Shown here piece after piece: positions 18,809 to 27,130 of a stretch of 64,000 nt of DNA. The position numbers and the translations under genes are program-made. Location: positions 96,001 to 160,000 of the forward strand of contig JBFWMA010000004.1 in the NCBI GenBank assembly GCA_050251875.1. Reading direction: 5' to 3'. The notes under the pieces were generated by a model. It saw only the letters and a program-made list of their open reading frames with translations, was not told the origin of the DNA and did no database searches. Every line of letters starts with the position of its first letter. The stretch's first letter is position 1. The stretch is from Deferribacterales bacterium (lineage in GTDB: Bacteria; Chrysiogenota; Deferribacteres; Deferribacterales; Geovibrionaceae).

Positions 18809-21800
18809 CGAAGCTCATAGAAGACACACTCGAATACGTGTTAATAGACCTTTTTAAAGAGCTTGGTTACCAATACGCCTTTGCTCCTGACTTTACCATG
18901 ACTGACGATGACGGCGGAGATTATGAGCGAATCAGCATGGACGAGGTCATTCTGACCAAGCGGTTAAAGCTAAAACTGAAGCAGATTAACCCGACTGTCC
19001 ATGATGAGCAGATTGATGAAGCCATCAAAAAGCTGCTTAACCCAGAGAGCGTAAAGCTCATAGAGAATAACCGAACATTTCATAAATACGTCACAGACGG
19101 AATCAGCATTCCATACCACGAAGACGGCGAGACAAAGACCGCCATAATCAACCTGTTTGACTTCAAAGACATCAGCAACAACGACTGGCTGGTGGCTAAT
19201 CAGTTCACCGTTACCGAGGCAAAAGAGAACCGTAGACCTGACGTTGTGGTCTTCATAAACGGTTTACCACTTGCCGTTATTGAGCTTAAAAATCCATCTG
19301 ACGAAAAGGCGACTATGCACAGTGCCTTTACTCAGCTTCAAAACTATAAAAATTTCATCCCCAGCCTGTTCAACTATAACGAAATCCTCATTGCCTCCGA
19401 CGGCTATAACGCAACAGCAGGAAGCATCACCGCCGATTGGGAACGATTTATGCCGTGGAAGACAGTTAACGGCGAGAAAGACCCGAAAGGCATGATTCAG
19501 CTGGAAGTGCTCGTCAAAGGCATGTTTGACAAGCAGAGGTTTCTGGACATCGTCCGCAACTTCATTGTTTTTGAAGTAAGTGACGACAAAATAATAAAGA
19601 AAATGGCTGGCTACCACCAGTACCACGCAGTGAATAAAGCTCTCACCAGAACAGTTGAGGCTACATCCGAAAAAGGCGACAAACGAATCGGCGTTGTTTG
19701 GCACACACAGGGGAGCGGAAAGAGCCTTTCTATGGTTTTTTACTCTGGAAAAGTTGTGCAACAGTCGGAGCTGAGCAACCCTACTCTGGTTGTTCTGACT
19801 GACCGAAACGACCTTGACGAACAGCTGTTCGGAAATTTCTCATTATGCAGTGACCTGCTCCGCCAGAAGCCTGTACAGGCGACAAGCAGAGCACATTTGC
19901 GGGAACTGCTAAACGTAGCATCAGGCGGAATTGTTTTCACCACCATACAGAAGTTTTTCCCAAAAGAAGACGAAGACAGCCACCCGGAGCTGAGCCCTCG
20001 CAGAAACATCATCGTTATGGCAGACGAAGCACACAGAAGCCAGTATGACTTCATAGACGGCTTTGCGCGCCACATCAGAGACGCTCTGCCCAATGCTTCT
20101 TTCATCGGCTTCACAGGAACGCCAATCGAAACATCAGACAAAGTTACCACCTCCGTATTCGGCTCATACATCGACATATACGACATGGAAGATGCTGTTA
20201 ATGACGGAGCTACCGTCCGCATCTATTATGAGGCAAGGCTCGCCAAAATAGACTTTGACGAGGTGGAAAAGCCGAAGATTGACCCTGAGTATGACGAAAT
20301 AACCGAAGACCAGGAAGAATTCGAAAAACAGAAGCTACAGGCTAAATGGACAGCCTTAGAGGCTCTTGTGGGAGCGAACAGCAGGCTGGAACTTGTGGCG
20401 AAAGACATAGTAGAACATTTCGAAGACAGGCTCTCCGCTATGGACGGAAAAGCTATGGTCGTCTGCATGAGCCGCCGCATCTGTATTGAGCTTTACAACG
20501 AAATAGCAAAATTACGCCCAGAATGGCACAATGACGACGACAAGCAAGGATTTATGAAGATTGTTATGTCTGGCTCGGCATCTGACAAAGAAGGATGGCA
20601 GAAACACATCCGCACCAAACAGCAGAGAGAAGAGCTGGCAAACAGATTTAAAAAGCCTGACACCGATTTTAAACTGGTAATCGTGCGTGACATGTGGCTC
20701 ACAGGATTTGATGCCCCCTGCATGCATACTATGTACATAGACAAGCCTATGGGCGGGCATAACCTTATGCAGGCAATCGCCCGTGTCAATAGAGTTTTTA
20801 AAGACAAACCAGGCGGTCTGGTGGTGGACTACATAGGCATTGCCGACGACCTGAAAAACGCCATGAGAAACTATACAGCAAGTGGCGGAAAGGGGCAGTC
20901 GCACCACGACAAAGACGAAGCCGCCTCATACATGATGGAGAAGTTCGAGCAGGTCATCGACCTTATGCACGACTTCGACTATGAGGAAATCCTTCACGCC
21001 AAAGACAAAGAACGTATGAACGGCATAGCAGAGGCTATGGAATACATTCTCTCAATAGACCGCAAGATGGATTTTATAAAGATGGTAACAGAGCTTTCAC
21101 GTTCGTTTGCTCTCGCCGTTCCCGCACCCCAGACTGTTGAAATCAGAGACTATTTAGCCCTGTTTCAGGAGATTAAAGCGGCAATAATAAAGAATACCAT
21201 TACCACAGAGAGAAAGTCGCCAGATGAGGTCGACACGGCTCTTAAACAGCTTGTTTCTAAAGCTGTGACGGCGAATGGCGTTGTTGATGTTTTTCAGGCG
21301 GCTGGGCTCGACAAACCTGAAATCTCGATTTTGTCGGATGAGTTTCTGGCAGGTGTGCAGGAATACCCATATAAGAACCTCGCCGTAGAGATGCTGGCAA
21401 AGCTGTTGGCGGATGAAATCAAGGTTAAGCTGAAACGGAATGTGGTCAAGTCCCGCTCTTTCATTGAAAAGCTGGAAGAATCCATGAAAAATTACCAGAA
21501 CCGCTCTATAGAGGCGGCGATGGTTATTCAGCACCTTATAGACCTTGCAAATGAGATGAGGAGAGAGGCAGAGCGGGGCAATGACCTTGGGCTGTCTGAT
21601 GATGAGATTGCTTTTTATGACGCTCTTCTGACAGAGAATGCCGCTTTTGGCGAAAGGCTTATGAAAGAGATGGGCGATGAGCTGAAGGTCGTTGCCGTGG
21701 AGCTTGTTAAAGCGGTTAAGAAGAACGTAACCATAGATTGGACAAAGAGAGAGGCTGTTAAGGCAAAGCTGAGAGTAATCGTAAAGCGAATACTGCGTAA

Positions 21801-21891
21801 ATACGGCTACCCGCCAGAGGCGAGCGACAAAGCCACCCAGACAGTTCTGGAGCAGGCAGCTGCCTTGTGCGAAGAATGGGCAGAGTGTTAA
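18805..21891 (+). CDS. hsdR: Type I R-M restriction subunit
   Basis: [52 protein letters not shown]. Confidence 0.97.
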   Translation: MTKLIEDTLEYVLIDLFKELGYQYAFAPDFTMTDDDGGDYERISMDEVILTKRLKLKLKQINPTVHDEQIDEAIKKLLNPESVKLIENNRTFHKYVTDGISIPYHEDGETKTAIINLFDFKDISNNDWLVANQFTVTEAKENRRPDVVVFINGLPLAVIELKNPSDEKATMHSAFTQLQNYKNFIPSLFNYNEILIASDGYNATAGSITADWERFMPWKTVNGEKDPKGMIQLEVLVKGMFDKQRFLDIVRNFIVFEVSDDKIIKKMAGYHQYHAVNKALTRTVEATSEKGDKRIGVVWHTQGSGKSLSMVFYSGKVVQQSELSNPTLVVLTDRNDLDEQLFGNFSLCSDLLRQKPVQATSRAHLRELLNVASGGIVFTTIQKFFPKEDEDSHPELSPRRNIIVMADEAHRSQYDFIDGFARHIRDALPNASFIGFTGTPIETSDKVTTSVFGSYIDIYDMEDAVNDGATVRIYYEARLAKIDFDEVEKPKIDPEYDEITEDQEEFEKQKLQAKWTALEALVGANSRLELVAKDIVEHFEDRLSAMDGKAMVVCMSRRICIELYNEIAKLRPEWHNDDDKQGFMKIVMSGSASDKEGWQKHIRTKQQREELANRFKKPDTDFKLVIVRDMWLTGFDAPCMHTMYIDKPMGGHNLMQAIARVNRVFKDKPGGLVVDYIGIADDLKNAMRNYTASGGKGQSHHDKDEAASYMMEKFEQVIDLMHDFDYEEILHAKDKERMNGIAEAMEYILSIDRKMDFIKMVTELSRSFALAVPAPQTVEIRDYLALFQEIKAAIIKNTITTERKSPDEVDTALKQLVSKAVTANGVVDVFQAAGLDKPEISILSDEFLAGVQEYPYKNLAVEMLAKLLADEIKVKLKRNVVKSRSFIEKLEESMKNYQNRSIEAAMVIQHLIDLANEMRREAERGNDLGLSDDEIAFYDALLTENAAFGERLMKEMGDELKVVAVELVKAVKKNVTIDWTKREAVKAKLRVIVKRILRKYGYPPEASDKATQTVLEQAAALCEEWAEC

Positions 21892-21901
21892 GGAGTAAGC
21901 A

Positions 21902-22855
21902 ATGGAATTTGGAGCTTTAGAGAAAATAGATTTAAGAGTCGGATGGAAAACAGAAGACACAGAGTTTACCCCGTGGCTTGCAAATGAGCAGAATATTAAA
22001 CTGCTCGGAAATGCAATAAATATTGAGCTTGAAGTCGAGAAGCAAGAGCAGAATGTCGGCATATTTAGAGCAGACATCCTTTGCAAGAATACGGCAGACA
22101 ATACATGGGTTGTTATTGAGAATCAAATAGAGCGTACCGACCATAAACATCTTGGGCAACTTATTACTTACGCTTCCGGGCTCAGTGCTGTGACTGTTGT
22201 CTGGATTGCCGCAAAATTTACTGATGAACACAGAGCCGCTTTGGACTGGCTGAATGAATGTACTGACGAGAAACTGAATTTCTTTGGGATTGAGATTGAG
22301 CTCTGGCGAATAGGTGATTCTGCAATAGCTCCAAAGTTTAATGTTGTTTGTAAACCAAATGACTGGACTCGTACTGTGGCAAAAGAAGCAAAAAATATAG
22401 AAAATGGTGCTCTGACAGAAACAAAACAGCTTCAGTATGACTTTTGGGTTAAATTACAGGACTTTATGCAAGAAAACTCTAAATATGTTAAAGCTAGAAA
22501 ACCAAGTCCTCAGCATTGGATGGATTTTGCAGTGGGCAAGACTGGTTTTAAGATGTCAGCAATAATGAACTCTGAAACAAATAAATTAGCAATATGGTTC
22601 ACGACGTCTGGTGATGATGCTAAAGCTAATTTTCATGCTTTATATAATTTGAAGAATGAGATTGAAGAACATTTAGGGTTTGGTTTTGACTGGAAAGAGA
22701 TGCCAGACAAACTTTCAAGCAATATTGTAGTTGAAAAATCAGTCGGTGATGTGTTTTGCACTGACAAGTGGAATGAATATGCTAGCTGGTTTAATGAAAC
22801 TATGAATAAAATGTATGTTGTATTTAACCCTATTATTAAGAATCTCAGAATTTGA
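21902..22855 (+). CDS. NucS/EndoMS-like PD-(D/E)xK nuclease fused to a DUF4268-like domain
   Basis: RADIL...VVIENQ..TDHKHLGQLITYASG; C-terminal QYDFW...PQHWM. Confidence 0.75.
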   Translation: MEFGALEKIDLRVGWKTEDTEFTPWLANEQNIKLLGNAINIELEVEKQEQNVGIFRADILCKNTADNTWVVIENQIERTDHKHLGQLITYASGLSAVTVVWIAAKFTDEHRAALDWLNECTDEKLNFFGIEIELWRIGDSAIAPKFNVVCKPNDWTRTVAKEAKNIENGALTETKQLQYDFWVKLQDFMQENSKYVKARKPSPQHWMDFAVGKTGFKMSAIMNSETNKLAIWFTTSGDDAKANFHALYNLKNEIEEHLGFGFDWKEMPDKLSSNIVVEKSVGDVFCTDKWNEYASWFNETMNKMYVVFNPIIKNLRI

Positions 22856-22871
22856 TGAAGTTCATATTGAC

Positions 22872-22897
22872 TGTCTCTTGTCTCGAGACATGAGACA
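22872..22897. promoter_or_regulatory. Palindromic operator made of four TGTCTC/GAGACA half-sites
   Basis: TGTCTC-T-TGTCTC-GAGACA-T-GAGACA, 7 bp upstream of a -35 box. Confidence 0.7.
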
Positions 22898-22904
22898 AAT
22901 TGTC

Positions 22905-22933
22905 TTTACAACATCACAGATGCGTGCTTTAAT
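22905..22933 (+). promoter_or_regulatory. sigma70-type promoter
   Basis: TTTACA-N17-TTTAAT with extended -10 TG. Confidence 0.65.
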
Positions 22934-22956
22934 AGAATAAGTCTATTGAGGTAATC

Positions 22957-23481
22957 ATGAATAAAAGTGATGTATATGCTCTAATAAGCTTTATAGTCAT
23001 TGGCAAACAGAAGGTAACTCTTAGGGATTGGGAAAAATCTGTTGGAATGAGCCGTGCTTCTTTAGCTAGAAGCTTAAAACAACTTAAAAAATCAAAACTT
23101 ATTGTAGAGATGGTCGGCGGTGACGAACCTAACTTTCGTAATATTGAAGAATTTCTTCTGAGTGGCTTTCCTTATGTATTTGCTGAAGAGAAAGGCTCAT
23201 TGGTTCGTGGTTTTGCCACAGGTATAGATGGTTCGAGTTTGAAAAAGGATTTTGTGGAATCAGAATACCCAGCTGTCTGGGCTCATTACGAGGGCAACAT
23301 AAAAGGTTTTGAAGTGGAACCGCTTCACAAAGCTATACCGGAGTTAATAGCCAAAGGGAGAATAAACCAAGAGCTTTACGAACTTCTTGCTCTTTTAGAT
23401 GTACTTCGTATTGGTCAAAAAAGAGAAGTTGACGTAGCCAAGAATAAAATCAGGAGCTTGTTGAGTAAGCATGAGCAATAA
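22957..23481 (+). CDS. wHTH protein, AbiEi-like (type IV TA) antitoxin
   Basis: N-terminal HTH; EEFLLSGFPYVF, RGFATG, VWAH..G..KG..VEPLH, LYELLALLDVLRIG..RE pattern. Confidence 0.6.
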   Translation: MNKSDVYALISFIVIGKQKVTLRDWEKSVGMSRASLARSLKQLKKSKLIVEMVGGDEPNFRNIEEFLLSGFPYVFAEEKGSLVRGFATGIDGSSLKKDFVESEYPAVWAHYEGNIKGFEVEPLHKAIPELIAKGRINQELYELLALLDVLRIGQKREVDVAKNKIRSLLSKHEQ

Positions 23482-23527
23482 AGCACTGTTAATACTTAAT
23501 AAGCAAACACACCTGTTTGCTGAGTAA
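23471..23527 (+). pseudogene. Possible 18-codon remnant of the cognate toxin gene
   Basis: ATG overlaps the end of the antitoxin-like gene (MSNKALLILNKQTHLFAE*). Confidence 0.3.
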
Positions 23528-23579
23528 TCGACACAATTATACCGCCTGATTGGTATGGTCTAAATGTTTGCTATTACGC

Positions 23580-23608
23580 TTGAATTCAGAAAGCACATCT
23601 TTTATAAT
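23580..23608 (+). promoter_or_regulatory. sigma70 promoter predicting a leaderless mRNA
   Basis: TTGAAT-N17-TATAAT, then 5 nt, then ATG 23614; no SD sequence. Confidence 0.6.
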
Positions 23609-23613
23609 TTCTT

Positions 23614-24000
23614 ATGAGCTTAAAAATCAGAACATATAGAAATCAACAATGTTGGCAGTATGACTTTACTCATCAGAAGAAACGGTACAGGGGTTGGATT
23701 TCTCCCGTCAGCATGATGACAGAGAAAGATGCTCAGAATATTTATGACCTCAAAGTGCATGAGACAATAGCTATGGGCATCAAAAGCCCGGTACATATTC
23801 TTCCTGTAAAAAAAGAGAAGCCAATCTCCAAGAAGGAAATAACCGCTATTGTGAATATGGAAATCCAAACAGCCCTTAAACAATATTCAGCTGGGTTGAG
23901 CCATGGTGAAGCACAAACAGTTTCTTCTCTATTGAGTTTAGGCATAGAAACAGGGATGAAGTTAAGCAGAATTATTGACAGTTACGGTGCTGTCAAATAG
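23614..24000 (+). CDS. Small protein with an integrase arm-binding-like N-terminal domain
   Basis: LKIRTY..QCWQYDFTHQKKRYRG...TEKDAQ; ends 29 bp before the arm-type repeats. Confidence 0.55.
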   Translation: MSLKIRTYRNQQCWQYDFTHQKKRYRGWISPVSMMTEKDAQNIYDLKVHETIAMGIKSPVHILPVKKEKPISKKEITAIVNMEIQTALKQYSAGLSHGEAQTVSSLLSLGIETGMKLSRIIDSYGAVK

Positions 24001-24029
24001 TATTGTGAAAAGAAATAATGAACGCATGA

Positions 24030-24050
24030 TTGCGACAATATTGCGACAAT
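24030..24050 (+). repeat. Tandem TTGCGACAAT x2, putative arm-type sites (right end of island 2)
   Basis: Copies at 24030-24039 and 24041-24050, same 11-bp period as at the left end. Confidence 0.8.
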
Positions 24051-24097
24051 CAGCCCTTGCTGCTTTGTAAATCATTCATAACAAAGCACTTTAAAAA

Positions 24098-24444
24098 TGG
24101 AGGCGGTGGGAATCGAACCCACGTCCGAAGAACTTTCGACCAAAGGCGCTACATGCTTAGTCTATGTATTTGTCTTTTTCCGCCGATCGAAACACAGACA
24201 ATTCTAAAGGCAGAAGCAATCCCTAAATTTCACCCCTGAGCCGGGACACTCACAGGGACAATCCCACTAGTTTTTGTGCCCGAAGTCAGACCATGGGAGA
24301 GTCTTGACTAAGGACATCGATGCCTTAAGCGGCAGCGAGTGCGTATTCGTCGTTAGCAATTATATGCTTTGGCTTTACTAACGGGGTAACCCCCCCGACA
24401 TGCTCCCGTGACCTACGATTTCCCCGTCGAAACCGTGCGCCCCC
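24098..24444 (-). ncRNA. ssrA: tmRNA (transfer-messenger RNA), tag peptide (A)ANDEYALAAA
   Basis: 5' GGGGGCG pairs with 3' CGCCTCC-A (G3.U70); T-arm GTGGG-TTCGATT-CCCAC; tag frame 24357-24325; CCA not encoded; smpB nearby. Confidence 0.97.
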
Positions 24445-24454
24445 GAGTATAGAC

Positions 24455-24479
24455 AAAAAAGCCCCAAACAGAGGGGCTT
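24455..24479 (-). terminator. Terminator-like hairpin just upstream of ssrA
   Basis: Minus strand AAGCCCC-TCTGTTT-GGGGC-TTTTTT. Confidence 0.55.
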
Positions 24480-24585
24480 GTGAAATATACTATATTAGTC
24501 ACTGATAATTTTGCAACAATTTTCCACTTCTAAGATCAATAATAAAGTGCTAAATATATCTCATACCTTTAACACGGGAGACGAC

Positions 24586-25854
24586 ATGAATCACAAAATA
24601 TGCGTAATAGGACTCGGATACGTTGGTCTGCCTCTGGCGGCTGAATTCGCTAAAAAATATATCGTAAAGGGTTTCGACATCAGCAAAAAGCGTATAGCCG
24701 AGCTGAACGCCTGCACAGACTCCACACTGGAGATGACACCGGAACAGCTCCGTGAGGTCATGGGAAAAAACATGACAGCCACATGCGAGCTGGACGACAT
24801 AAAAGAGTGCAACATATTCATCATCACCGTCCCCACCCCCATAGACAAACACAGACGCCCGGACATCACTCTGCTGATAAAAGCCAGCGAGACAGTGGGC
24901 AAAGTAATAAAGAAAGGCGACATCGTAATTTATGAGAGCACAGTCTATCCCGGATGCACAGAGGACGACTGCGTTCCCGTGATAGAAAAGGTCTCCGGGC
25001 TGAAATTCAACGTGGATTTTTTCGCCGGATACTCTCCCGAGCGCATCAACCCCGGAGACAAGGAACACACCGTCTCCAAGATAAAAAAAGTGACATCAGG
25101 AAGCACCCCCGAAACAGCCGAAACCGTGGATCAGCTCTATAAAAGCATAATCACCGCCGGAACACACAAGGCGGAGAGCATAAAGGTAGCCGAAGCCGCA
25201 AAGGTTATCGAAAACACTCAGAGGGATGTCAATATCGCCTTCATCAATGAGCTGTCGCTGATATTCAATAAAATGGGCATAGACACAGACGCCGTGCTGA
25301 AAGCGGCGGCTACCAAATGGAATTTCCTGCCGTTCCGCCCCGGTCTGGTGGGCGGTCACTGCATCGGCGTGGATCCCTACTATCTGGCGCATAAGGCGCA
25401 GGAGCTGGGCTACAACCCCGAAATGATCCTTGCCGGGCGCAGAATCAACGACAACATGGGTTCATACATCGCCAATCAGGTCATCAAGCTGATGATAAAG
25501 AAAGGTCACAAGATAGAGGGCGCAAAGATACTGGTTCTGGGAATCACGTTCAAAGAGAACTGCCCCGATATCAGAAACAGCAAAGTGATAGATATCATCC
25601 ACGAACTGAAAGATTTCGGATGTGATATAGACGTTTACGATCCCTGGGCGGATAAGGAAGAGGTTCACGAGGAATACGGGCTCGGTCTGGCGGATAACGC
25701 GGATAAGCTCTCTTCATACGCTGCTGTGGTTCTGGCTGTTGCTCACAGCGCTTTCAGAAAATACGAACCGGAAGTGATGTCGCTTCTGGACAGCTCAAAC
25801 ATAGTGGTATATGACGTGAAATCTTTTTTCGAAAGGTCCAGCGGCAGGCTTTAA
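24586..25854 (+). CDS. Nucleotide-sugar dehydrogenase (TviB/WbpO-like UDP-GlcNAc/GalNAc C6 dehydrogenase)
   Basis: GLGYVGLP, YESTVYPG, YSPERINPGD, GGHCIGVDPYY; GGAG RBS. Confidence 0.92.
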   Translation: MNHKICVIGLGYVGLPLAAEFAKKYIVKGFDISKKRIAELNACTDSTLEMTPEQLREVMGKNMTATCELDDIKECNIFIITVPTPIDKHRRPDITLLIKASETVGKVIKKGDIVIYESTVYPGCTEDDCVPVIEKVSGLKFNVDFFAGYSPERINPGDKEHTVSKIKKVTSGSTPETAETVDQLYKSIITAGTHKAESIKVAEAAKVIENTQRDVNIAFINELSLIFNKMGIDTDAVLKAAATKWNFLPFRPGLVGGHCIGVDPYYLAHKAQELGYNPEMILAGRRINDNMGSYIANQVIKLMIKKGHKIEGAKILVLGITFKENCPDIRNSKVIDIIHELKDFGCDIDVYDPWADKEEVHEEYGLGLADNADKLSSYAAVVLAVAHSAFRKYEPEVMSLLDSSNIVVYDVKSFFERSSGRL

Positions 25855-25856
25855 GA

Positions 25857-26300
25857 TTATTTAATTTTAAGATCCCGACCCAGCTCACGCTTAAGATCGC
25901 GCTCTTTTATGGTGTTGCGTTTGTCGTGCGCTTTTTTACCTTTTGCCAGAGCTATTTCCACTTTTACCAGTCTGCCTTTCTGATAGACGGATATGGGCAC
26001 AAGGGTGAGCCCCGCTTCCTTTATCTTTCCTATCAGGCGGTCGATGTCCTTGCGGCGCATCAGCAGCTTTCTGCTTCTGGTGGGGTTGTGGTTGTTTCTG
26101 TTTCCCTGCTCATATTCGGCTATGTGCGAGTTAACCAGCCACACTTCGTTTGCCAGAATCTTAACAAAAGACTCCTTCAGACTTATCTTTCCGGCTTTCA
26201 CAGACTTAACCTCAGTCCCCTGAAGCACGATACCGGTCTCAAAAGTTTCCAGTATCTCATAGTCGAAAAAAGCTTTTTTATTTTTTGCGAAAGTACTCAT
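25857..26300 (-). CDS. smpB: SsrA-binding protein
   Basis: NKKAFFDY, GIVLQGTEVKS, RKLL, KGKKAHDKR. Confidence 0.97.
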   Translation of the reverse strand: MSTFAKNKKAFFDYEILETFETGIVLQGTEVKSVKAGKISLKESFVKILANEVWLVNSHIAEYEQGNRNNHNPTRSRKLLMRRKDIDRLIGKIKEAGLTLVPISVYQKGRLVKVEIALAKGKKAHDKRNTIKERDLKRELGRDLKIK

Positions 26301-26406
26301 TAATGTTATTAACTCCGGTACCGATCTATTATTAGAAATTGCATTTTTTAGATTGAAAATCAACCTGTTTGATGTAGAATCAAAATTATTTTTATGGAGT
26401 CCTACT

Positions 26407-26826
26407 TTGGCAGCTTCAAGTGAAGATTTTTATACCAAAATACCTTTCATGGATAATGGCACCAAAAGATTTATAAACGAACTCAACAAGTTATCAGATG
26501 CTATGAAAAACGGTGAGGGACGTCAATATGTCGTCTTCACTCTCGATTTTCTCAATGAATTCACCGAAAAGCATCTGGTGGATGAAGAGAAAGTGATGAT
26601 CAAATACCGCTTCCACGATATAGAGAATCACGCTGTTCAGCACGATGAGTTCCGTCACGATCTTTCAAAAATGGTGGAGGAATACGCCGCCAAAGGCGCC
26701 GACCACAGCTTTCCCCTTCTGGTGCAGAGAACAATGGCAGGCTGGCTCAACAAACATGTGAACAAAGCGGACAAGGTTCTGGGCGACTATATCATGTCTG
26801 TGATAGAGAAATCCAGAAAGGCTTAG
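26407..26826 (+). CDS. Bacteriohemerythrin-like protein
   Basis: HLVDEEKVM, HAVQHDEF, WLNKHVNKAD; TTG start after GGAG. Confidence 0.8.
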   Translation: MAASSEDFYTKIPFMDNGTKRFINELNKLSDAMKNGEGRQYVVFTLDFLNEFTEKHLVDEEKVMIKYRFHDIENHAVQHDEFRHDLSKMVEEYAAKGADHSFPLLVQRTMAGWLNKHVNKADKVLGDYIMSVIEKSRKA

Positions 26827-27071
26827 CCCTTCGCCGCCGGGCATCCCTGACATTTCGCTCCGTTAGCAGACGGGCATGCGGCTCCTTCTGATTTGCCGTA
26901 TCCCTGAGAATACCATCCGCCGCCTTTCAGATGAAAAGCAGAAGAAGACATTATGCTCTTCGCCTCTCCCTGACATTCCGGACACTCTATGGATTCCTGC
27001 TTCTGGCTGAAGCTCTGGAGTTTTTGCGTTACTTTTCCGCAGTTCTGACATTCATATTCATATATAGGCAT
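26823..27071 (-). CDS. FmdB-family zinc-ribbon protein
   Basis: MPIYEYECQNCG...CPEC...FHLKGGGWY. Confidence 0.92.
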   Translation of the reverse strand: MPIYEYECQNCGKVTQKLQSFSQKQESIECPECQGEAKSIMSSSAFHLKGGGWYSQGYGKSEGAACPSANGAKCQGCPAAKG

Positions 27072-27130
27072 ATCGATCTACCTCTTATTTTTTTCAAAAA
27101 TATATCGCAATGTTCTGTTTTTGCAAGAAA

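Larger units (their letters stand above)
8583..24158. mobile_element. Island 2: complete ssrA-integrated element (integrase, PolA/T7-like polymerase, XRE, type I R-M and accessory cargo)
   Basis: Flanking 69-bp direct repeats, integrase next to the left att, matching arm-type repeats at both ends. Confidence 0.92.

Noticed and set aside
21154..22101. 315-aa minus-strand ORF
   Set aside because: Shadow of hsdR and the DUF4268-like gene; no recognisable motifs.
1..24158. Prophage interpretation of the islands
   Set aside because: No structural, packaging or lysis genes recognised. A satellite lifestyle cannot be excluded.
24030..24239. 69-aa ORF on the + strand
   Set aside because: Antisense to the tmRNA 3' end and spans the att site; spurious.
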